From an uncultured virus (IMG/VR IMGVR_UViG_3300036770_002758) (lineage: Duplodnaviria; Heunggongvirae; Uroviricota; Caudoviricetes), in IMG/VR virus record IMGVR_UViG_3300036770_002758: 20,000 nucleotides of DNA, one strand, 5' to 3'. Positions 9,998-16,891 of the stretch are shown one piece after another (the first letter of the stretch is position 1; each line of letters begins with the position of its first letter). A model generated the notes under the pieces. That model did not search any database. It was not told where the DNA came from and saw only the letters and a program-made list of their open reading frames with translations. The translations under genes and the position numbers were made by a program.

Positions 9998-12078
9998 TAG
10001 CTAAACATGCCTCTCGGAATATAAGACAGCCGATCATTTATTATCGTAAAGTCCTTTCTGAGTCTAAACAGCTCAGGAAAGAGCAATTCCGATGTTGAAG
10101 GAGAGCCAAATAGCATTCCATCACGGCCTGCTCTACCTCTTTCTCCTTGAAGTCCTTGTGGTCCTTGTGCTCCAGTAGCGCCAGTGGCTCCTGTAGCACC
10201 AGTTTCGCCACGTTCACCACGTTCGCCTTGTGCGCCAGTAGCCCCAGTCGCACCAACGAAACCTCTTTCACCTTGTATACCCTGTGGACCTGCTGGTCCC
10301 ATAGGGCCTACTGGTCCCATAGGGCCTACTGCGCCAGTTTCGCCACGTTCACCACGTTCGCCTTGTGCCCCAGTAGCCCCAGTTTCGCCACGTTCACCAC
10401 GTTCGCCTTGTGCGCCAGTAGCCCCAGTAGCCCCAGTGGCTCCAGTAGCCCCAGTGGCTCCAGTGGCTCCATCTCGGCCATCAATGCCATCTCGGCCATC
10501 AATGCCATCGCGGCCACTAGCTCCAGTAGCGCCCGTAGCACCATCTCGGCCATCAATGCCATCTCGGCCATCAATGCCGTTGGTTCCATTGGTTCCATTG
10601 GTTCCGTTGGTTCCATTGGTTCCGTTGGTTCCGTTGGTTCCGTTGGTTCCGTTGGTTCCGTTGGTTCCGTTGGTTCCATTGGTTCCGTTGGTTCCATTGG
10701 TTCCGTTGGTTCCATTGGTTCCGTTGGTTCCGTTGGTTCCGTTGGTTCCATTGGTTCCGTTGGTTCCATTGGTTCCGTTGGTTCCGTTGGTTCCATTGGT
10801 TCCGTTGGTTCCATTGGTTCCGTTGGTTCCATTGGTTCCGTTGGTTACAGTAGTATTGGTGTTTTGTGCGTTTCTAAGACTTTCTTCTACTTCGCGTACC
10901 AAGTTAATAGGAGCACCAGCGTCAGCAGCGGCTTGATCTTTTTGTTCTTGCGTAGCATTAGGAAAACGAATTAGCCACTCTCGAATAATTGTACGCCAAT
11001 CATCATCTGTAGTAACAGGTCTTTGTGTTGTGGTTTGCGTTGTTTCAGTAGTCTGAGTAGTGCCACTAGGTATGCCTTTATCAGAACCAAGAACACTAAT
11101 TTGCTGACCTTCTTGATACGTATTGTTAGTTGCATTTTCATACTCTTCAATCAAAGCAGGGTTGGTGTTTTGTGCAGTCCATATAACTGCACCAGACACA
11201 GGATTTTTACCTTGATGCCTCCATACAATTCCTTGGTCATCTGTCACCAAATCTCCAAGTTTGTAAGTATCAGTAACACCTCCTGATCCCATGTCTCCTG
11301 CATCCAATCCACCACCAGTATTGAGGTCAGAATCGCCTCCAAGAAGATCAGAATCAGGCTCAAGAGAAGCAGGAAAACGAGCAGCAACAGTCTCTTCAAC
11401 AATGTCGTCAGGAACACCAAATTGTGCTGCTACCTGACGCATCTCTTCCTCAGTAGCATCAGGATTGTTTCTTATCCATACATTGATGGGAATGGTCCAG
11501 TCTCTAGGTTTCCATGTTTCTTGTGTTACAGTTTCATTAACATCGCCGCCTGTAGCCCCCCCACCATTAGGCGCTCCACCACCAGCAGCACTAGGACTAC
11601 CGCCACCGCCGCCCACTGCAGGCTTAGGTACAGGGACCAGCGGAGGAGTCACAAGGATAGGTGTGTTACCGCTAAGAACATAGTAGCCATAGTCATTAGG
11701 ATCGTTGGTATTACGGTAGTAGCCCATATCGTCCTGTACATACCCAGGAGAAGAAGGGGCCTCTACAGCACTACGCTCACGGCTGGAACCGTCAGGCATC
11801 GTAGGATTGTTCCTGAGCCACTCATCCAGAAGAGCATCGGCCTGTTCCTGAGTACCCCACGGCACATCACGCATAAAACCACCAAGAGTCTTACCAAGAA
11901 TACTGGTAAACAGACCCATACCAATACCAGAGGCAATGTTGCCTAAAGTGCCTCCAAACAAACCAGCCTCTGCACCACCAGTAGGGATAACAATAGGACT
12001 GGTAGCCATACCGCCAGCACTGGTCAGTAGCGGATTACCAGTAACGGGATCGGTGAGGATTTGTGTTCCGTATGACAT
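9997..12078 (-). CDS. Collagen-like repeat protein (693 aa), probably virion-associated
   Basis: 80 consecutive Gly-X-Y triplets at 10120-10839. TAATG overlaps at both ends. Confidence 0.85.
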   Translation of the reverse strand: MSYGTQILTDPVTGNPLLTSAGGMATSPIVIPTGGAEAGLFGGTLGNIASGIGMGLFTSILGKTLGGFMRDVPWGTQEQADALLDEWLRNNPTMPDGSSRERSAVEAPSSPGYVQDDMGYYRNTNDPNDYGYYVLSGNTPILVTPPLVPVPKPAVGGGGGSPSAAGGGAPNGGGATGGDVNETVTQETWKPRDWTIPINVWIRNNPDATEEEMRQVAAQFGVPDDIVEETVAARFPASLEPDSDLLGGDSDLNTGGGLDAGDMGSGGVTDTYKLGDLVTDDQGIVWRHQGKNPVSGAVIWTAQNTNPALIEEYENATNNTYQEGQQISVLGSDKGIPSGTTQTTETTQTTTQRPVTTDDDWRTIIREWLIRFPNATQEQKDQAAADAGAPINLVREVEESLRNAQNTNTTVTNGTNGTNGTNGTNGTNGTNGTNGTNGTNGTNGTNGTNGTNGTNGTNGTNGTNGTNGTNGTNGTNGTNGTNGTNGTNGTNGTNGTNGTNGIDGRDGIDGRDGATGATGASGRDGIDGRDGIDGRDGATGATGATGATGATGATGAQGERGERGETGATGAQGERGERGETGAVGPMGPVGPMGPAGPQGIQGERGFVGATGATGAQGERGERGETGATGATGATGAQGPQGLQGERGRAGRDGMLFGSPSTSELLFPELFRLRKDFTIINDRLSYIPRGMFS
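10160..10581. repeat. Imperfect collagen-coding repeats ([21 protein letters not shown] blocks)
   Basis: Three copies of ccagtttcgccacgttcaccacgttcgccttgtgc and repeated ccatctcggccatcaatg units. Confidence 0.9.
10582..10842. repeat. 9-bp tandem repeat (GGTTCCRTT)x29 encoding (Asn-Gly-Thr)n
   Basis: 261 bp of contiguous units that vary only at the synonymous Asn position (AAT/AAC on the - strand). Confidence 0.97.
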
Positions 12079-12296
12079 TAGCGGTTCTCACACAGATTGG
12101 CAATAAGCTCAGGGGTCAATTCGGTCCCTTCAGGCACTTTGACACCACGGCCATTGGCCCTGCTGTCCGTAAAGTAACCATCTACTTCTACGTCAACACA
12201 GCCAGCATCAAGGCCAGTCAGGACAGTATCGACAGTAGAGCAACCAGAACAACCTACAAGGGCAAAGATACCTACAAACACAATAATCTTGTTCAT
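12078..12296 (-). CDS. Small lipoprotein (72 aa), possible o-spanin or exclusion lipoprotein
   Basis: ATG 12296 overlaps the upstream [19 protein letters not shown] is a signal peptide II with lipobox LVGC. The specific function is inference. Confidence 0.7.
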   Translation of the reverse strand: MNKIIVFVGIFALVGCSGCSTVDTVLTGLDAGCVDVEVDGYFTDSRANGRGVKVPEGTELTPELIANLCENR

Positions 12297-12667
12297 TTGA
12301 ACCATCCTGTAATTGTCTGATACACACGCACAGCACGGTACATAACACGGCGCTGTGACCATCTAACGCCAAGGACTTCCATTGCTTCCAGAAAGACCCT
12401 ATCGGCATCTGCCTGTGAAATACCTAGTTCCTTACCGTAGACACAGAGGAAGTCATGGACCACTGCGGCTGCTCTGTGCTTACCATTGACCTGACAGAAA
12501 CTATGGAACACCCAAGGTATGCTGGCAAAGTCAGTAGAAAAACCAGGAGGAACTACAAGCTCTTTCTGCAAGAAAGCACTGAAGTACACAAGAGGCCGAA
12601 CAAGAGTAAACACTGCCTTCTGGTCAGCTACTTCAACAATCAACTTTGTCTTAAACTCACTTACCAT
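12293..12667 (-). CDS. DUF1353 family protein
   Basis: VPPGFSTDFASIP...AAAVVHDFL...ADADRVFLEAM...MYRAVR signature. Confidence 0.85.
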   Translation of the reverse strand: MVSEFKTKLIVEVADQKAVFTLVRPLVYFSAFLQKELVVPPGFSTDFASIPWVFHSFCQVNGKHRAAAVVHDFLCVYGKELGISQADADRVFLEAMEVLGVRWSQRRVMYRAVRVYQTITGWFK

Positions 12668-13092
12668 AGCTTCTTTACCCTGATCTTTCCACCACAGTAG
12701 ATGTTACGGGCTGCTGCTATCTCTGCTGCTTCCTTGGCAGAGGCACCTGCATCCATTGCGCCCCATGCCAAGTCCCTACCTGAACCCATTGCGAACGAGA
12801 ACTGTTTGTCCAGTAGTCCTATTGTTGGTGCTCGTCTACGTTCCTTGATGGCCCACCAAAGGTCTTCACCATCCCACACCAATGCCTCTACGTCAGCATT
12901 GTCCTCTACGTTCTTTTGTGGATCAAAGACCCATGCTGCCAGTTCATCCTCTACATCTGCCTCACCAGCAAACCAAAAGGTATAGCCATTGATGATCCTG
13001 CTCTTGTTCTTGTTGGTGTACATTACTGTACTGCCAGATGTCGATCTTGAGTCAGATGCTACAATGCCGTCCTTATAGGCTATGATGGTCAT
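12661..13092 (-). CDS. HslV/proteasome beta-like Ntn-hydrolase peptidase
   Basis: N-terminal Thr after Met (MTIIAY), ASDSRST, FAG, and AMGSG..LAWGAMDAGASAKEAAEIAAARNIYCGG. Confidence 0.8.
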   Translation of the reverse strand: MTIIAYKDGIVASDSRSTSGSTVMYTNKNKSRIINGYTFWFAGEADVEDELAAWVFDPQKNVEDNADVEALVWDGEDLWWAIKERRRAPTIGLLDKQFSFAMGSGRDLAWGAMDAGASAKEAAEIAAARNIYCGGKIRVKKLW

Positions 13093-13117
13093 AGATCACC
13101 ACTTCAAATGTTTTGTT

Positions 13118-13453
13118 TCACGCGATATACGAGAATCCATAATTGGAAGCATAAGTAGTCACCAAAAGTGCAGGAAGAACAGCGAACATTATAGCCCACT
13201 TCGTAACCGAACTCCAATAAGCCGCACTCATCTTCCCCTTCTTGATGTTCTCTGCGTGACGGGCCTTAAAGGCTTTGTTGCGAGCACTGCCGTCAGGACT
13301 GCCCTGCACACCTTGCTGTCCAAAGCGGATCAACTTCACTGTGTCTCCCTCTTTGGCAAGAACTACGTGAGACTTAGAGGGGTGATTAGGTGTACGCTTA
13401 GGCTTGTTGTAGCCGCTAAGGCCATTCTTTTCCAATCTCGGGTCTTTACTCAT
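13118..13453 (-). CDS. Conserved basic phage protein with a hydrophobic C-terminal tail (111 aa)
   Basis: GYNKPKRTP.HP.KSHVVLAKEGD.VKLIRFGQQG...FKARH...KGKMSAAYW, recalled as a widespread hypothetical family in aquatic phages. SD GAGG. Confidence 0.75.
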   Translation of the reverse strand: MSKDPRLEKNGLSGYNKPKRTPNHPSKSHVVLAKEGDTVKLIRFGQQGVQGSPDGSARNKAFKARHAENIKKGKMSAAYWSSVTKWAIMFAVLPALLVTTYASNYGFSYIA

Positions 13454-13462
13454 TGTAGCCTC

Positions 13463-13654
13463 TTATTGATTGAAGTAGCCTTTTCCAGACAACCAAGCAC
13501 CTACGGCCAATGTTAATGCACCTACAAAGTAGAACACCTTACTGACGATGCTCTTACCGATCTCTGTGTAGACTTTCTCAATGGCCCTCTCTGCTGCCCT
13601 TTCGGCTATGCGGTCAATGTCTGCCTCGGTCAAGTAGTTATCATTGTCCTGCAT
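13463..13654 (-). CDS. Small single-TM membrane protein (63 aa), holin-like candidate
   Basis: SD AAGGAG. A charged helix (IAERAAERAIEKVY) is followed by hydrophobic VFYFVGALTLAVGAWL. Confidence 0.65.
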   Translation of the reverse strand: MQDNDNYLTEADIDRIAERAAERAIEKVYTEIGKSIVSKVFYFVGALTLAVGAWLSGKGYFNQ

Positions 13655-13664
13655 TGTGCTCTCC

Positions 13665-14075
13665 TTAGCTGTTTACTGCAAAAAACGACTGACGGAACGG
13701 AACCCACTGGGCATAGATTGAATCAAAATTGTCGTCCTTAATGACAATCGAACTACCATTCTCGAAATAAAACACGGTCGGCGGGAACACCTCGCCAGCC
13801 ATCCGTGCCAGCGTGACGCCCATTGCAACCGCAGTCAGGCCGTCTTGGTCGTTGCGGGTTGCGCTACAATGGATGCCATTAATTTCAATGCCGATAAGTT
13901 TTAGGTCTTGCGGAGTAGACTCAGGCTCAGGCGGCGGCGTAGCCATTACACCATCAAACGTCCAGCCAATCCCTACACCTTCCGGGCATTCAATCCAGCC
14001 TTGCTGCGCTGCAAACTCAGGCGAAGCGACTACGATATTGACAACAATTCCATTTTCAATGATTGCATATTTCAT
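13665..14075 (-). CDS. Putative tail fibre assembly/accessory protein (136 aa)
   Basis: Immediately downstream of the fibre. The N-terminus MKYAIIENGIVVNIVVA...VGIGWTFDG...PPP is typical of genes following Gly-rich fibres. SD GAGGTG. Confidence 0.55.
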   Translation of the reverse strand: MKYAIIENGIVVNIVVASPEFAAQQGWIECPEGVGIGWTFDGVMATPPPEPESTPQDLKLIGIEINGIHCSATRNDQDGLTAVAMGVTLARMAGEVFPPTVFYFENGSSIVIKDDNFDSIYAQWVPFRQSFFAVNS

Positions 14076-14084
14076 AAAGTCACC

Positions 14085-15944
14085 TCACCAAGACGTTACA
14101 CGGCAATAACCATTGCCGCCTGCGCCGCCTGCGCCCGAGTCATAGCCATTGGTTGAAGCGCCGCCACCGCCGCCCCCGGCAGCAATGCCGCCTGCACCCC
14201 CAGCACCGGCTGCGGATGTATTGCCCCAGCCACCGCCACCGCCACCAGTCCCTGAAATACGGCCAGTGAGCGCCGGACTTGTTCCTGATCCTCCGGTAGT
14301 ACCTTGAGTAGTCCCAGCAGCGCCACCGCCGCCTGTCCGGGTAGAATCGGAAAGAGTCCCGCCTGCTGCACCTGGTACAGTTGTGTTGCCGCTTGTAATA
14401 CTGCCACCGCCACCACCGCCCGGTCCGCCATTGACAGAACAGCCACCTTGACCAGCAATGATTCCGTTTGCATCAGGGCGATGGCTCCCGCCAGAAGCGC
14501 CGCCATCCTCAGATTTGAAACCATCACTGAAAGAAGCACCGGAAACAGCAAATGCCCCATATTCACCAACGCCCCCATAGACAGAAAACAGGTTGCTGCT
14601 TGTAGAACTTACAGGGATGGTAAATCCATCATTTATTCCGCCGCCATGACCACCTTCTCCCGAACTGGTAGATCCTTGGTTTCCTGCGTTTCCACCGCGA
14701 GCAGTTACCAACGAACCAAAAGTAGTATTGCCTCCATTAGTGCCGTTTGCTCCGTTTTGATCGTTCGTTGTTCTCGCCGCGCCCCCACTTCCACCAGCGC
14801 CGATAGTAATTGTTTCTGTCGATCCAACATCGGATGCCTTAAACAGGCGTGTCGTTTTACCGCCACCACCGCCACCACCGCCGCCAAATCTGGCACTACT
14901 TGCAGCCCCTCTGCGTCCAGAACCACCACCGCCACCACCGCCCCAACATTCAACCATGACAAAGGTCGCGCCTGCTGGTTTCGTCCATGTTCCACCAGAC
15001 GAAAACGTCTGCACATCGACTCCGGCGGGACCGGCGGCAGATGTCCACGTTGTTCCATTTGATGTTAGCACGTTGCCGCTGGTACCCGGTGCTACAAGCT
15101 GAACTGCGCTTGTGCCGTTGCCAAGGATTACGTTGTTGGCAGTAAGCGTTGTCGCTCCGGTGCCGCCGTTGGTAACAGGAAGAGCACCAGTGACGCCGTT
15201 AGTTAAATTAACAAAATCCCAAGAAGCTGCTGTTCCATCTGTTTTTACATACTTATTAGCGTTTCCTGTTTGAGCAGGAAGTGCCGTGTTAAAAGCTACT
15301 GTTTGTACAAAAGCAGTAGTTGCTAATTGAGTAGTATTAGTACCAACAGAAGCTGTAGGAGCTGTTGGTGAGCCAGAAAAACTAGGAGAATCTGAAAAAA
15401 CTAAAAAGCCAGTACCTGTTTCATCAGTTATAGCACTACGTAAGTTGTCACTTGAAGGTGTACCAAGAAAGGAGTCAATGCCAGTGCCAAAAGAAGTGAT
15501 ACCAGTACCACCATTGGCAACAGGCAAAATATCACTGACGCCCGTGGTCAAAGAAAGGTCAGTGCAGTTTGAAAGATTACCAGACGCAGGAGTACCCAAT
15601 GCAGGAGTAACAAACGTAGGACTAGTAGCAAACACAAGAGCGCCAGTGCCTGTCTCGTCCGTAATGGCAGCAGCCAAATTGGCACTTGAAGGAGTAGCAA
15701 GAAAGGCAGCTACGTTGCTGCCAAGGCCACTAATTCCTGTGGATACAGGCAGGCCAGTACAATTGGTCAGGGTTCCAGACGAAGGAGTACCCAGTACGCC
15801 ATTGCTGTCTACTTTAGAACTAATAGCCGCAGCAATGTTGGTAAATTCTGTGGAAAACTCGGTGCCTTTAATAACCTTTGCAGGGTTACCAGTTGCAAGG
15901 GTATCCTTAGCTCCGAAGTTGGTAGTTACGGTGTAATTGCTCAA
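14085..15944 (-). CDS. Tail fibre protein with glycine-rich C-terminal domain (619 aa)
   Basis: TTG start with SD GGAG. N-terminal anchor-like MSNYT..TNF..KDTL..GNPAKVIKGTEF, shaft repeats (TPSS.NL..AITDETGTG.LVF..SP; LPV.NGGTG), and a C-terminal TF.SGGTWTKP...GGGGGGG...GGNGYCRVTSW domain. Confidence 0.8.
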   Translation of the reverse strand: MSNYTVTTNFGAKDTLATGNPAKVIKGTEFSTEFTNIAAAISSKVDSNGVLGTPSSGTLTNCTGLPVSTGISGLGSNVAAFLATPSSANLAAAITDETGTGALVFATSPTFVTPALGTPASGNLSNCTDLSLTTGVSDILPVANGGTGITSFGTGIDSFLGTPSSDNLRSAITDETGTGFLVFSDSPSFSGSPTAPTASVGTNTTQLATTAFVQTVAFNTALPAQTGNANKYVKTDGTAASWDFVNLTNGVTGALPVTNGGTGATTLTANNVILGNGTSAVQLVAPGTSGNVLTSNGTTWTSAAGPAGVDVQTFSSGGTWTKPAGATFVMVECWGGGGGGGSGRRGAASSARFGGGGGGGGGKTTRLFKASDVGSTETITIGAGGSGGAARTTNDQNGANGTNGGNTTFGSLVTARGGNAGNQGSTSSGEGGHGGGINDGFTIPVSSTSSNLFSVYGGVGEYGAFAVSGASFSDGFKSEDGGASGGSHRPDANGIIAGQGGCSVNGGPGGGGGGSITSGNTTVPGAAGGTLSDSTRTGGGGAAGTTQGTTGGSGTSPALTGRISGTGGGGGGWGNTSAAGAGGAGGIAAGGGGGGASTNGYDSGAGGAGGNGYCRVTSW

Positions 15945-15962
15945 GGTAGGCTCCGAAGTGTT

Positions 15963-15995
15963 AAAGAACTCCCCCAGCCGGTTAGGCCAGGGGAG
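15963..15995 (-). terminator. Intrinsic terminator downstream of the capsid gene
   Basis: On the - strand, CTCCCCTGGCC-TAACC-GGCTGGGGGAG (11-bp stem with two G-U pairs) is followed by TTCTTT, 12 nt after the capsid stop. Confidence 0.75.
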
Positions 15996-16007
15996 GTATT
16001 ACGGCTC

Positions 16008-16891
16008 TTAGTTGTTTACAACCAGAACAAAGCCGCTGTCCGGACGGTAGGTCTTAACACCGTACAGGGTATCAGCGGTATACAGGTTAGCCAGATATTC
16101 CTGCTTGTACTGAGTCTGGCTACGGACACCCACCTGCTCGGCCAAGATGAACGAGTCGCGGTGGAGCAACAGTGCTGCACGAAGGTCTTTGCTGTTACCT
16201 ACTGCGCTGTTGTTAGCAGCAGTTTCGACAACAGGGCTGTTGCTGGAGACAAAGATGTCGATACCGTACAGCTCACCGATCTTGCCTTTCTCAACACGGC
16301 CACCACCATTCATGAAGTCCGAAGACACATAACGGTCGATGCCCATGATGGCATTACGCAGCGAGGGCGGAATGACAAACACACGGCGATCCATCGGTAC
16401 GTCAGCATCGTCCATCTTCTGAATCAAAGCACGGAAGCCAGCATCGGTAAAGACATCAGTGTCGATCACGGTGTCTTCTGCATACAGGGTGAGGCCAGTG
16501 GAAACATCAATGTAGAAAGAAGCACTGTGAGTCCAGTCGTTCGTGCCATCGCCCAGCGTCTGACCCAGCGTCCACAGGTCGTTGTCTACCTGGGTTGCCA
16601 GTGCATAGCCAGCATCGCTGGTGTAGAACTGACGCAGGCTGTCCAGAGCCTGTACGGACACGATGTCCTCAATCAGACGGCTGTATTCAAAGTGACGGTT
16701 GATGATAACCTGCACTTCGGATTCAGTGTTGTTCTGAAGGGTGACAGCGGTGTTTTCCGTTTTGGCATATGCCTGACCACGGATCGGGGCAGGAATATGA
16801 ATCGTGTCACCTTTCTTGCCCTTCATGGACAGCTTTTTGACAAGGTTGGCAAGGACGAGGTTCTTCTCGTAACTTGCCCGGATTTCATCAG
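16008..16891 (-). CDS. Major capsid protein, exon 2 (spliced CDS: 17895-17817 joined to 16891-16008; 320 aa)
   Basis: GKKGDTIHIP, YALATQVD, MDDADVPMDRRVFVIPP, G.IGELYGIDIFVSSN and DTLYGVKTYRP are podovirus coat motifs. The frame continues upstream of the track start (DEIRASYEKNLVLANLV) to the intron 3' end. Confidence 0.9.

Noticed and set aside
10582..10842. CRISPR array
   Set aside because: Contiguous 9-bp units with no unique spacers, lying in frame within a CDS, and no cas genes in the window.
10147..10974. Alternative-frame ORFs (PLV, GS[IV] and EP[TM] repeats)
   Set aside because: These are by-products of a stop-free tandem repeat. The Gly-X-Y frame has coupled start and stop codons, and the repeat variation is synonymous in it.
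16008..16826. ORF-track 272-aa protein as the complete capsid protein, or as a truncated pseudogene
   Set aside because: There is no good SD at 16826, the frame extends to the intron boundary, and exon 1 with a strong SD supplies the missing N-terminus.
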